From an uncultured Alphaproteobacteria bacterium (lineage in GTDB: Bacteria > Pseudomonadota > Alphaproteobacteria > Acetobacterales > Acetobacteraceae): a stretch of 64,000 bases of DNA. The position numbers were made by a program, and so were the translations under genes. Below the pieces are notes generated by a model, which searched no databases, was not told where the DNA came from, and saw only the letters and a program-made list of their open reading frames with translations. The stretch lies in NCBI GenBank assembly GCA_963826975.1, contig CAWGZJ010000005.1:302959-366958 (forward strand), read 5' to 3'. Positions 40,335-50,308 of the stretch are shown here, in pieces. Position 1 is the first letter of the stretch. Each line of letters begins with the position of its first letter.

Positions 40335-41192
40335 CTAATCCGCCCGGATCAACCCGCGATGGCTCGGCGCGTCGATGAACGCCAGCACCTCGGCGATCAG
40401 CTCATCCTCGCCATACGCCGCCCGCGTCTCCTCCAGCCGCTGCTTGAACACGCCCTCATGGCGGAACAGCATGCGAAACGCCGTATGCAGCCGGCCAACC
40501 TGCGCCTTGTCGAAGCCACGCCGCTTCAACCCGATCACGTTCAACCCGGCCAGCCGCGCGCGGTTGCCGATCACGCTGCCGAACGGGATCACGTCGGCCT
40601 CCACCCCGGAAACCCCGCCGATCATCGCCGCCCGCCCGATGCGCACGAACTGATGGATCGCCGCCGCGCCGCCGATCACCGCGTGGTCGGCGATGCTGAC
40701 ATGCCCGCCCATCACCGCGTTGTTCGCGATGATCACGTGATCGCCCACCTGGCAGTCGTGCGCGACATGCGCCACCGCCATGATCAGGCAATCCGCGCCG
40801 ACGCGGGTGACGCCGCGTCCCGTCACCGTGCCGCGATGGATCGTGCAGTGCTCGCGGATCTGCGTGCGCGCGCCGATCTCGCAACGAGTCGGCTCGCCCT
40901 GGTATTTCAGGTCCTGCGGCTCCAGCCCGACGGTGCAGAATGGGAACAGCACCACGTCGGGTCCGATCACCGTGTGGCCATCCACCACCACATGCGAAAC
41001 CAGGCGCGTCCCATCGTCGATCACCGCGTTGGCCCCGACGCTGCACCACGGCCCAATGCTGACGCCGCTCCCAAGCTCCGCCCCGCGCGCCACGATCGCG
41101 CTCGGATGGATCGAGACCGGCTTCGCCTTCGGGGCAAGCGCTCGTGTTCCAAGCACCGTTGCGGCAAGCACTGGGGTCATTGGGGGTGGCAC
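40335..41192 (-). CDS. lpxA: Acyl-ACP--UDP-N-acetylglucosamine O-acyltransferase
   Basis: Hexapeptide-repeat left-handed beta-helix and LpxA C-terminal domain. Confidence 0.85.
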   Translation of the reverse strand: MPPPMTPVLAATVLGTRALAPKAKPVSIHPSAIVARGAELGSGVSIGPWCSVGANAVIDDGTRLVSHVVVDGHTVIGPDVVLFPFCTVGLEPQDLKYQGEPTRCEIGARTQIREHCTIHRGTVTGRGVTRVGADCLIMAVAHVAHDCQVGDHVIIANNAVMGGHVSIADHAVIGGAAAIHQFVRIGRAAMIGGVSGVEADVIPFGSVIGNRARLAGLNVIGLKRRGFDKAQVGRLHTAFRMLFRHEGVFKQRLEETRAAYGEDELIAEVLAFIDAPSHRGLIRAD

Positions 41193-41384
41193 TCGCCTTG
41201 GTTGTTGCGCTGCGGCACCCTAGGTGGAGGCCCCGGGGTGGCCAACACAATCATTGTTGCTTCGTGTTTCGCCGATCGGCCTGTAACTGTTTGTTTCATA
41301 TAGAATTCCGGCGGAATTGCGGCCGCCCCCCAACCGATCCGGCCCAACCGATCCGGCATGATCCGTGGGAGCGCGCGCGGTGGT

Positions 41385-41891
41385 TCATCCGATCGATGGT
41401 GCGCGATCCATGATCATCGCCGTATAGGTGGCCTCGGCGACCGAGATGCCGTCGACCCGTGCCACCGCCACGAACTTCCAGACATTGCCGCGGTTGCGCT
41501 GCTTGGTGCAGTGGATGCGAAGCTGGTCGCCCGGCACCACCGGGCGGCGGAACTTGGCACCCTCCACCGACATGAAATAAACCACCCGGCCGGCGGCGTC
41601 GGGGCCCAGCGTCTCAACCACCAGGATCGCCGCGGTCTGCGCCATCGCCTCGATGATCAGCACCCCCGGCATCACCGGGTGGTTGGGAAAGTGGCCCTGG
41701 AAGAACAACTCGTTGACCGACACGTTCTTGATGCCGATCGCCGACTGGTTGGTCACCAGGTCCACCACGCGGTCGATCATCAGGAACGGATAGCGATGCG
41801 GAATCGCCTGCAGGATGCGGGCAATGTCCACCACTTCCACCACCGAGCCCGCCGGCGGTGCCAAGGTCGTTGCAATTGCCGATGCGTCCAT
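41385..41891 (-). CDS. fabZ: 3-hydroxyacyl-ACP dehydratase FabZ
   Basis: HRYPFLMIDRV...FFQGHFP...PGVLIIEAMAQ. Confidence 0.9.
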   Translation of the reverse strand: MDASAIATTLAPPAGSVVEVVDIARILQAIPHRYPFLMIDRVVDLVTNQSAIGIKNVSVNELFFQGHFPNHPVMPGVLIIEAMAQTAAILVVETLGPDAAGRVVYFMSVEGAKFRRPVVPGDQLRIHCTKQRNRGNVWKFVAVARVDGISVAEATYTAMIMDRAPSIG

Positions 41892-41896
41892 CGCGG

Positions 41897-43054
41897 TCAG
41901 TCCGTGTCCGTCCTCTTGCTCGCGGCATCCAAGCCGCCAGCATTCCCATCGCCACGTACCTCTTCGGCGCTTACCCCGTCGGCGCGTATCCGGTCGGCGC
42001 GAGACTTATCGCCGGCCGCCGCCTTGCCACCTCCTTTCGCCAGGCGGCGCAAAATTGCCACCTCGCGAAAGAACGCCCAACGGGACTGCGCCGGGCTGCC
42101 GACCACTTCCGTCCCGGCCGCCACGTCCGCCATCACCCCGGCCTGCGCGCCGATCCGCGCCGTGCGGCCGATCCTCAGATGCCCGGTCAGCCCCGCCTGG
42201 GGGCCGACCATCACGTGGTCTTCCAGGATCGTGGAGCCAGACACACCCGCCTGTGAAACGATCACACAGCCCAGACCCAGGCGCGCGTTGTGCCCGATCT
42301 GCACCAGGTTGTCGAGCCGCGAGCCGGCGCCGATCACCGTGTCCTGCAAGGAGCCGCGGTCGATCGTGGAGTTGGCGCCGACCTCGACGTCGTCCTCCAG
42401 GATGACCCGGCAGAGTTGCGGCACGCTGTGGAACCCCTCGCCGGTGATGGCGAACCCGAAGCCCTCCTGGCCAATGCGCGCACCGGGATAGACATAGACC
42501 CGGGCACCCAGCAGCGCGTGGCTGAGGCTGGCGTGCGACCCGATCCGGCAATCCGGGCCAAGCACCACGCCCGGGCCGATCACCGCCAGCCCGCCGATGC
42601 GGCAGCGCGGGCCGATCTCGGCACGCTCGCCGATCACCGCCAGCGGACCGATCTCGGCCGAGGGATCGATGATCGCGTCCGCGCCGATCACCGCCGTCGG
42701 GTGGATGCCGGCGCGAGCCGGCGGCACCGGGTGAAACAGCGCGGCGACCTTGGCCCAGGCAGCGTACGGCTCCGCGGTGACGATCGCCACACCACCGGCG
42801 GGCACGCGCGACGCCATGTCGGGGTGCACGATCACCGCCCCGGCGCGTGTGGCATCAAGCGCCAGCGCGTATTTGCGGTTGTCGAGGAAGCTCACCTGAT
42901 CGGCGGCGGCGGTCCGCAGCGGCGCCACGCCGGCCAGCATCAGCCGCCGTGGCTGCGCCTCGGCTTCCGCGGCATCCGCCACCGCGGCCAGCGTGAACGG
43001 ACCAGCGCGCTGAAAAAATCGTGGATCGCCGACAATCTCCGGCCAGTCCGTCAC
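41897..43054 (-). CDS. lpxD: UDP-3-O-(3-hydroxyacyl)glucosamine N-acyltransferase, with a Gly/Ala/Asp-rich C-terminal extension
   Basis: LpxD N-terminal domain plus hexapeptide repeats. Confidence 0.85.
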   Translation of the reverse strand: MTDWPEIVGDPRFFQRAGPFTLAAVADAAEAEAQPRRLMLAGVAPLRTAAADQVSFLDNRKYALALDATRAGAVIVHPDMASRVPAGGVAIVTAEPYAAWAKVAALFHPVPPARAGIHPTAVIGADAIIDPSAEIGPLAVIGERAEIGPRCRIGGLAVIGPGVVLGPDCRIGSHASLSHALLGARVYVYPGARIGQEGFGFAITGEGFHSVPQLCRVILEDDVEVGANSTIDRGSLQDTVIGAGSRLDNLVQIGHNARLGLGCVIVSQAGVSGSTILEDHVMVGPQAGLTGHLRIGRTARIGAQAGVMADVAAGTEVVGSPAQSRWAFFREVAILRRLAKGGGKAAAGDKSRADRIRADGVSAEEVRGDGNAGGLDAASKRTDTD

Positions 43055-43070
43055 ACTGGCTTCACCGAAT

Positions 43071-43896
43071 TCAGGGCTTCTTCGCCGGCGCGGGCTTCGC
43101 CGGGCTCGCTCCGCCAGCCGGGGCCGCCGCGGCTTGCGGCTTCAACTGCAGGACCGAAACCCCATCCGGCGGGATGGTCACCGAGGGCAGTACAGTGTTC
43201 ATCTCCGTGGCCACCTGGCCCGTGATGTCGAACTCGGGCAAATAGAGCGCGGTCTGCGGCGCATGCAGCACGAGGTTCATCCCGTGGGAGACCGCGACCT
43301 GCTGCACCACGTCGCGCAGCGTGCGCTCGATCTGCGCCAGCGCGTACTGGCCGGCTTCCTGGATGATCCGGTTGCGCTCGGCGAATTTGCGTCGCGACTC
43401 GGCGATCCGGTCCTGCAACTCGCGCTCCTTGGCGCGGATCTGCTCCGCGGTCATCTTGCCGCGGTCATTGGTCAGCGTCTGGCCAAGATCGCGCAACGTG
43501 GTCTGCTCCTTCTGGGCATCCTCGTTCAGCTTCTGGCGCCGTGTGCCCAGTTCCTTGTCAACCGCCTGATACGCGGTGGACCCGCGCATCACGTCTGGCA
43601 CCGAAATAACGCCCATGATCGCGGCCGGCGGGAAGTTGCCCTTCGGGATTTGCGGCACCACGGCGGGCGGCGGCAGCACCAACTGCAGTTGCTGCGGCGT
43701 GATCGCCGATTGATCCGCCTCCGCCCCCGCCCCACCCTCGACACCCGCGGCCGGGGCGGGCGCGGACGTTGGAGCGCCGGCGCTCGGTCGCGGCGCCGGG
43801 CGGGCCGCCGGCCGGGACTGTCCGGGGATGAAATAGTCCGGTGTCTGCGCCGGTGCCTGCTGCGCACGGCTCGCGGCAAGCGGAACCAGCAGCATG
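43071..43896 (-). CDS. OmpH/Skp family periplasmic chaperone
   Basis: Signal peptide then a long coiled-coil typical of Skp; positioned between bamA and lpxD. Confidence 0.7.
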
Positions 43897-43919
43897 GCGG
43901 CTATGGCGACCGTCGTCGC

Positions 43920-43990
43920 AAGCCAGGGATGGGCAAGCCAAGGATGGGCAAGCCAGGGATGGGCACGGCAGGGATGGGCAAGGCAGGAAT
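43920..43990. repeat. 15-bp tandem repeat (GCCAGGGATGGGCAA, about 4.5 units) in the bamA-skp spacer
   Basis: Read directly; it would encode an AHPWL repeat if the upstream Met of the ORF were used. Confidence 0.8.
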
Positions 43991-43997
43991 GGCGCAC

Positions 43998-46670
43998 TTA
44001 GAACCTCGTACCAAAACCAAAGCGGAATATCTGCGTCTGATCGCCCGGCTGCTTCACGACGAAGGGCGTCAGGTCGATGTTGATCAGCCCAAACGGCGTC
44101 TTCCACGAGACGCCGACGCCAACGCCGATACGCGGGGTCGATGATGCCAGGATCGGCGGGCAGCCGCCGGCCTCGCCGGGGCAGGAGTTGTGCTCGAAAT
44201 TCGCCTGGGTCAGTCCGCCGACATCAACGAACGTGCGCCCGCTCAGCCCCAGATCGGGCGACACCGGCAGCGGGAAGCGCAGCTCGGCGGTTCCCGTCCA
44301 GATGAACCGTCCGCCAAGTGGATCGCCCTGCGTATCGTGCGGGCCGGCGCCACCCTCTTCGAAGCCGCGCAGGTTGTCGCCGCCAAGGTAGAACCGGTCG
44401 ATCAACTGCTCCTGCTGGCCTAGGTTGAACAAGTAGCCGGCACCGGCGGACAACGCCAACACCCAGGCGGGATCGCCCATCAGCCGCTCCAGCGGGACGT
44501 AATACGACACGTCTGCATGGGTGCGAACGAACTGGGCATTGCCGCCAAGTCCGGCGAAGTCGGTGCCGAGCCGGTACACGCCCCCGCTGTGCGGATCGAC
44601 CTTGCTGTCCCGATAGTCCAGCGCCAATTGCTGGCTGACCTGCGACAGCAACGTGTAGCCCTGTGCATCAACGATGAAGATGCTGGCACCGGGCTGGACA
44701 TTGGAGACCGTGCGTCCGACCAGCGAATAGCTCCAGGTCTGGCTTAGGTTCTCATTGTAATTGTAACCCATCGTCAGGGCGAAACCAACACGCTTCTCGT
44801 CGTACGGCTCGGTGCCGAGAAAGTTCGTCTGCACCAGGAAAACGTTCGCGCCGGCCACCAGGTTGCGGTCAAGGAAATACGGATCGGTGACAGAGATGTT
44901 GATCGAACTGTCATGCTGGGCCAGCACGCCATTGATCCCGGCGTTGACCCCGGTGCCGATGAAATTGCTCTCGGTAATGCCGGCATCGACCAACGCCCCG
45001 GCGTCGGTCGCGTAGCCGCCACCAAGCGTGACCGACCCGGTCGACTTCTCCGTCACCGTGGTGGTCAGGACCGTCTTGTCGGGCGCCGATCCCGGAGTCG
45101 GTTCTACCGTCACGGTGTTGAAGTAGCCCAGATCCTGCAGGCGCTGACGACTGCGGCGCACCGCCTCGGCGTTGAACGCATCGCCTTCGGCCACACGGAA
45201 CTCACGGCGGATGACCTTGTCCTTGGTTCGCACGTTGCCGACAATGTCGATGCGCTCGACATACCCGCGCGGTCCCTCGTCGACATTGAAAGCCAGGTCG
45301 ATGATGTGCTTGTCGGTATGTCGGGTGACGTCGGGTTTGACGTCAACAAAGGAGTAGCCGCGCGATCGCACGTCCTCGTCGATCTTGTCCGCCGTGCGCC
45401 CCACCGCGTCGCCGTCGTACCAGTCGCCCTCGTCAAGCTGCAGGTCCTTGCGCAGCGACTCGCCATCCAGGCCACGCAGGTGCGAGTTGATGGTGATTTT
45501 CCCGACCCGGTAGCGCTCGCCCTCGTTCAGGCTGAACGTCAGGAACAACGCCGACCGATCGGGCGACAGTTCGGTCGTCGAGTCGGTAACCTCGACGTCG
45601 GCATAGCCGTTCTTCAGGTAAAACCGGCGCAGCAACTCCTTGTCGAAGTTGATCCGGGCCGGGTCATATTCGTCGGCTGTCGACAGGAACCGCCACCAGG
45701 TGTGTTGGCGCGTGTTGATCACATCGTCCAGCCGGCCCTCGCTGAACGCATGGTTCCCGACAAACCCGATATGGGCGATGAACGCACTCGGCCCGTCGGC
45801 GATCTGGAACACCGCATCGACGCGATTCTCGCTCAGGCGGATGATTTGCGGCGTCACCACCGTCGCGAACCGCCCGCGCTTGGCGTAGGCCGCCAGAATC
45901 CGCTGCCGGTCGGCCTCGGCGGCGGCCGGCGTGAACACCGCGCGCGGACGCAACTGCACCACATCTTTCAGTTGGTCGTCGCTCTCCAGGTGGTTGCCCT
46001 CGAAGGCAACCCGGTTGACCAGCGGGTTCTCCACCACCTTCACCACCAGCGTGTCGCCCTGGCGCGTCAGGTCCACGTCCTGGAACAGCCCGGTCGCATA
46101 CAGGGTCTTCAGGCTGCGATCGATGCGTGCGGGATCGAACGGGTCGCCGGGCCGCACCAGCATGTAGGACAGGATGGTCCCGCCCTCGATTCGCTGGTTG
46201 CCCTGGATTTGGATCGACTGGATCGTGCCGGGCGCCGCAATCGGCGTAACCGGTCCGGCCGCCGGGGCCGCGGCACGCGCACCGGCGCCTGGGGTGCCAG
46301 GGGCACGGGAACCGGTGCCAGGGGAACCGGTCACTGGGGAACCGGTCACTGGGGAACCGGTCACTGGGGCAGCCGCGGCAGGGCCACCGGCGCCGGGCGC
46401 TGCCGCCGGCAGTTGCGGCACCGGCGTCGCACGCGGCGGCACCTGGACGGTCGGCAGGGGCGGCGCGCTTTGAGCGGCGGCCGGGTTGGCCTGCAACGCA
46501 AGCGGCACCAACGCGAGGGCCAGCAGCACGGCGCGGATGCAAAGCAAAAACCAAACCCCCCAATCTATCCCCAGACCCCGAGCTCGCGCCGCCTCGGTCA
46601 GGGCGGGGTTTGTCAGGCGAGCGGACCATAGCCGCGCTCGGCGCGCGATGCTAGCCGAGGGAGTTGTCAC
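43998..46670 (-). CDS. bamA: Outer membrane protein assembly factor BamA (POTRA domains + Omp85 barrel); N-terminal Pro/Ala-rich linker with VTGSP x3
   Basis: POTRA repeats, C-terminal barrel ending in the aromatic terminal motif (RF); true start within 46480-46670 is uncertain. Confidence 0.85.
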   Translation of the reverse strand: MTTPSASIARRARLWSARLTNPALTEAARARGLGIDWGVWFLLCIRAVLLALALVPLALQANPAAAQSAPPLPTVQVPPRATPVPQLPAAAPGAGGPAAAAPVTGSPVTGSPVTGSPGTGSRAPGTPGAGARAAAPAAGPVTPIAAPGTIQSIQIQGNQRIEGGTILSYMLVRPGDPFDPARIDRSLKTLYATGLFQDVDLTRQGDTLVVKVVENPLVNRVAFEGNHLESDDQLKDVVQLRPRAVFTPAAAEADRQRILAAYAKRGRFATVVTPQIIRLSENRVDAVFQIADGPSAFIAHIGFVGNHAFSEGRLDDVINTRQHTWWRFLSTADEYDPARINFDKELLRRFYLKNGYADVEVTDSTTELSPDRSALFLTFSLNEGERYRVGKITINSHLRGLDGESLRKDLQLDEGDWYDGDAVGRTADKIDEDVRSRGYSFVDVKPDVTRHTDKHIIDLAFNVDEGPRGYVERIDIVGNVRTKDKVIRREFRVAEGDAFNAEAVRRSRQRLQDLGYFNTVTVEPTPGSAPDKTVLTTTVTEKSTGSVTLGGGYATDAGALVDAGITESNFIGTGVNAGINGVLAQHDSSINISVTDPYFLDRNLVAGANVFLVQTNFLGTEPYDEKRVGFALTMGYNYNENLSQTWSYSLVGRTVSNVQPGASIFIVDAQGYTLLSQVSQQLALDYRDSKVDPHSGGVYRLGTDFAGLGGNAQFVRTHADVSYYVPLERLMGDPAWVLALSAGAGYLFNLGQQEQLIDRFYLGGDNLRGFEEGGAGPHDTQGDPLGGRFIWTGTAELRFPLPVSPDLGLSGRTFVDVGGLTQANFEHNSCPGEAGGCPPILASSTPRIGVGVGVSWKTPFGLINIDLTPFVVKQPGDQTQIFRFGFGTRF

Positions 46671-46725
46671 AGATTGCTACTGGCGCCGTTACGGCCGAAA
46701 CGGCACCCGCCCGGGCGTTTACGCT

Positions 46726-46790
46726 GGTAAAAGCGGGCGTTTACGCTGATAAAGGGGGCGTTTACGCTGGTAAAAGCCGGCTGGCCCGGG
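46726..46790. repeat. 22-bp tandem repeat (GGGCGTTTACGCTGGTAAAAGC x3) in the divergent bamA/lpxI intergenic region
   Basis: Read directly. Confidence 0.75.
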
Positions 46791-47154
46791 TCAAAGCAGG
46801 CCGGCCCGTGAGAAAAAGCCCGCCGGCGCTTCGGCGTAATCGCGCCGCGCCGCGCCTACTGGGCCCGATGCAGACGCGCCGGAGTCGCATTGGTTTCGCG
46901 CTCCCCGCCCTCGGCCTCGCAAATCCTCAGCACTTGGCATATTGCCAGGTAGGTTCGCGCCAGCCCGAGGCGCGCCGCGTCGTCTGCCAGCAGCAGAAGG
47001 CATTCAATAATCCCGTCGGCCGCCGAGCCGACATGGGGGCCGACATGGGGGCCGACATTGGGAAGGGGGGCGTCCCTGGTCATGCAGCGCTTGTCCTTGG
47101 CGTGAAGCGACGAATGTCAGCTTCCGGCCATCATGCGCCCGCGATGGTTGCCGC

Positions 47155-48045
47155 GTGGTTGCCGTGACGCCGGGGGGAAACCGCGCCGATCCGGGGACGC
47201 GGCCGGCGCTGGGCATTCTCGCCGGCGGCGGACGGTTGCCTGGCAGGGTCGCCGCCGCCGCCGCCGCTGCGGGCCGCCCGGTGTTCATGGTCGGCCTCGA
47301 CGGCTTCGCCGACCCTCCCGTGCTGGCGCCCTGGCCGCACGAGGTGATCCGAATCGGCGCCGCCGGACGGATCCTGGCGGCGTTGCGCGCCAATCGGTGC
47401 GCCGACCTCGTGCTGATCGGCACGGTGCGGCGGCCATCCCTGCTTGCCCTCCGCCCGGATGCCGAAGGCGCCCGCATCCTGGCGCGAATTGGCCGCGCCG
47501 CGTTCGCCGGGGACGACGGGCTGCTCGCCGCGGTCATCAAGGTGCTCGGCGAGGAAGGCTTCCGCGTCGTCGGCGCGCACGAAGTTATCAACGAGGCGCT
47601 CGCCCCCTCCGGCGTGTTGGGCGCCGTGACGCCGGACGCCCAGGCGATGGCCGACATCGATCGCGGGATCGCCGTGGCACGCGCGCTGGGCGCGGTGGAT
47701 GTCGGTCAGGGCTGCGTGGTGCAGCAGGGCCTGGTCCTGGCGGTCGAGGCGGCCGAGGGCACCGACGCCATGCTCGCGCGCTGTGCCGCGTTGGCGCGAT
47801 CGGGGCCGGGCGGCGTGCTGGTCAAGCTGGTCAAGCCGGCGCAGGACCGCCGCGCCGACCTGCCGACCATCGGCCCGGGATCAGTTGGCGCCGCCGCCGC
47901 CGCCGGATTGCGCGGGATCGCCTTCGCCGCCGGGGCCACATTGCTGGCCGATCGCGCGGCGGCGATCGACGCGGCGGACAGGGCAGGCCTGTTTCTGCTA
48001 GGCCTGGATCCGGCGACCATATCCGAAGGAGGAGAACACACATGA
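47155..48045 (+). CDS. lpxI: UDP-2,3-diacylglucosamine pyrophosphatase LpxI (DUF1009)
   Basis: [11 protein letters not shown]...VFMVGL...[27 protein letters not shown]...[19 protein letters not shown] conserved LpxI blocks. Confidence 0.75.
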   Translation: MVAVTPGGNRADPGTRPALGILAGGGRLPGRVAAAAAAAGRPVFMVGLDGFADPPVLAPWPHEVIRIGAAGRILAALRANRCADLVLIGTVRRPSLLALRPDAEGARILARIGRAAFAGDDGLLAAVIKVLGEEGFRVVGAHEVINEALAPSGVLGAVTPDAQAMADIDRGIAVARALGAVDVGQGCVVQQGLVLAVEAAEGTDAMLARCAALARSGPGGVLVKLVKPAQDRRADLPTIGPGSVGAAAAAGLRGIAFAAGATLLADRAAAIDAADRAGLFLLGLDPATISEGGEHT

Positions 48046-48428
48046 GCAGCTTTCTGCACACCATGATTCGCGTCGGCGATCTGCAGCGCAGCGTCGATTT
48101 CTACACCAAGGCGTTCGGCATGAAGGAGCTGCGCCGGCGCGACGTGCCGGACGGCAAATACACCCTGGCGTTCGTCGGCTACGGCGACGAGGACAGCAAC
48201 ACCGCGATCGAGCTGACCTACAACTACGGCGTGGAAAAATACGAGATGGGCAGCGCGTTCGGCCATCTGGCGGTTGGCGTACCGGACGTGGCAGCAGCGT
48301 GCCAGATTGCCGCGAGTGCCGGCGGCACGATCACCCGCCCGGCCGGCCCGGTAAAGTTCGGCACCACCATCATCGCCTTCGTGAAGGACCCGGACGGCTA
48401 CCTGATAGAACTGGTCCAGCGCCACTGA
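48042..48428 (+). CDS. gloA: Lactoylglutathione lyase (glyoxalase I)
   Basis: GGAGGAG RBS 7 nt upstream; [16 protein letters not shown]...ELTYNYG...GHLA glyoxalase I signature. Confidence 0.85.
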   Translation: MSSFLHTMIRVGDLQRSVDFYTKAFGMKELRRRDVPDGKYTLAFVGYGDEDSNTAIELTYNYGVEKYEMGSAFGHLAVGVPDVAAACQIAASAGGTITRPAGPVKFGTTIIAFVKDPDGYLIELVQRH

Positions 48429-48850
48429 CATCCCCAACGTTCACCTCTCCCGCTCTTCGCGGGAGGTCGAGGCGCGAAGCGACGAGGGTGAGGGCGCGGA
48501 GACCAATATGTCCCACCGCGGCCGCGCCGGTTCGTCAAGGACCCGGACGGCTACCTGATCGAGCTGGTCCAGCGCCACTGACATCCCCAATGTTCACCTC
48601 TCCCGCTCTTCGCGGGAGAGGTCGAGGCGCGAAGCGACGAGGGCGAGGGCGCGGAGACCAATATGTCCCACCGCGGCCGCGCCGGTTCGTCAAGGACCCG
48701 GACGGCTACCTGATCGAACTGGTCCAGCGCCACTGACATCCCCAATGTTCACCTCTCCCGCTCTTCGCGGGAGAGGTCGAGGCGCGAAGCGACGAGGGTG
48801 AGGGCGCGGAGACCAATATGTCCCACCGCGGCCGCGCCGGCCGCCAGGTC
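48421..48850. repeat. Tandem ~153-bp duplication (2.8 units) made of the last 57 bp of gloA plus a family-A repeat element
   Basis: Units start at 48421, 48582 and 48735 and each contains ...GTCAAGGACCCGGACGGCTACCTGATCGAGCTGGTCCAGCGCCACTGA. Confidence 0.85.
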
Positions 48851-49111
48851 ACCCCATTCAACGAAGCCAATCGCCGTTGATCCAGACTAAGGCAGCACCT
48901 TCGCACCGGTATCAGCCTGCCACCATGTGTCTCACCAATCTGATTGCAACCTCGGATCAGCCTGTAGCGCGCCGCACCAACGATCCGGTAGCGCCACGGG
49001 CGACGGCGCGACCGCAGTCGCCACGCGAGGTGCGGACGTTTCTTCCCCGTGTCTCTATAATAAACGTTGCGTGTTCGCGAACCGTCCGCGATTCGCAATG
49101 GGGTGATAGAC

Positions 49112-49678
49112 ATGGACGTGGTCGAACTGTCCCGCCTGCAATTCGGCCTAACGGCGATGTACCACTTCCTCTTCGTCCCCCTGGCCCTAGGCCTAGCCAT
49201 CCTGCTCGCCATCATGGAGAGCATCTACGTCACCACCGGCCGCACCATCTGGCGCGACATCACCAAATTCTGGGGCCTGCTGTTCGGCATCAACTTCGCC
49301 ATGGGCGTCGCCACCGGCCTGACCATGGAATTCGAGTTCGGCACCAACTGGGCCTACTACGCGCACTACGTGGGCGACATCTTCGGCGCCCCCCTGGCGA
49401 TCGAGGGCCTGATGGCCTTCTTCCTGGAAGCCAGCTTCATCGGCCTGTCCTTCTTCGGCTGGAACCGGATGACCCGCGTGCAGCACCTGATCGCCACCTG
49501 CCTGATGGCGATCGGCACCAACCTCTCGGCCCTGTGGATCCTGATCGCCAATGGCTGGATGCAGAACCCGGTCGGCGCGCGGTTCAACATCGCCACCATG
49601 CGCATGGAGGTCACCGACTTCTTCGCCGTCCTGGAGATCAGTTTCCCAGGCTTACAAGTCGAACGGGTAAGGAGGTAG
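49112..49678 (+). pseudogene. cydA: Cytochrome bd ubiquinol oxidase subunit I (CydA), N-terminal ~185 aa only; truncated at ~49640 where sequence composition changes
   Basis: [27 protein letters not shown]...GWNRMT...[10 protein letters not shown] matches the CydA N-terminus; full CydA is ~450-520 aa and no cydB follows. Confidence 0.7.
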
Positions 49679-49845
49679 ATGGTGATCCAATTCGATGCTG
49701 CGCCCGCGGTTTCGATTAGCTACCCGCGCCTGAAGGCCCTCAATTCGTCAGAGATCGACCGGGCGCGAGCTTCGGGTTATGCTGCCGATGACGTGGACCC
49801 AAAGGCGCCTGTCCGACGTGCGGGCTGAATAACTACGACGCCCCA

Positions 49846-50136
49846 ATGCCCGAAGAGGATCTTCGAGATTGGCGCGCACGAATGTATGTCGTTTGGTTCT
49901 GCTATATTTACGAAAATTTCCGAGTCATACATAAACCCCTATTTGCTCTCGAGGAACTTGCATTAGAGTTCAAAGCCCTGTACCTCCTTGATCCGAGATT
50001 TGGCAGTTTATACGCTGGCGCGGGCGGCTTGGAACCTGCGTCGCTCGCTGTGCGAGAAAAACAACTGGAGCTCCTAAAGCCGCTCTATATCAAGGCAATT
50101 CAGTTGCTTGAGACATGGAATACCTCTCATGGCTAG
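49846..50136 (+). CDS. Hypothetical 96-aa protein in a low-GC (~50%) patch
   Basis: ORF with atypical composition; its position immediately upstream of the Rhs-tip fragment is compatible with an orphan immunity-type gene. Confidence 0.3.
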   Translation: MPEEDLRDWRARMYVVWFCYIYENFRVIHKPLFALEELALEFKALYLLDPRFGSLYAGAGGLEPASLAVREKQLELLKPLYIKAIQLLETWNTSHG

Positions 50137-50308
50137 AAAGATGCTTGCTCTGTTAACCCGCATTTGTCACTCAGCGGAGTGTTGGACGTTTCGGCGGCGA
50201 TGAATTGAGCGTTGGACGCGTCGTGTCGTTGGCCGGCGGTTCTGTTCGAAAAAGAGGCCAAACCTGACCGGTTCCAGCATTTTAAAGTCCGAGACAGCGT
50301 TCTGGCGT

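Noticed and set aside
46486-47167. Small ORFs in the bamA/lpxI divergent intergenic region
   Set aside because: This region is repeat-containing (22-bp x3) promoter DNA. The ORFs lack starts or RBS and are low complexity.
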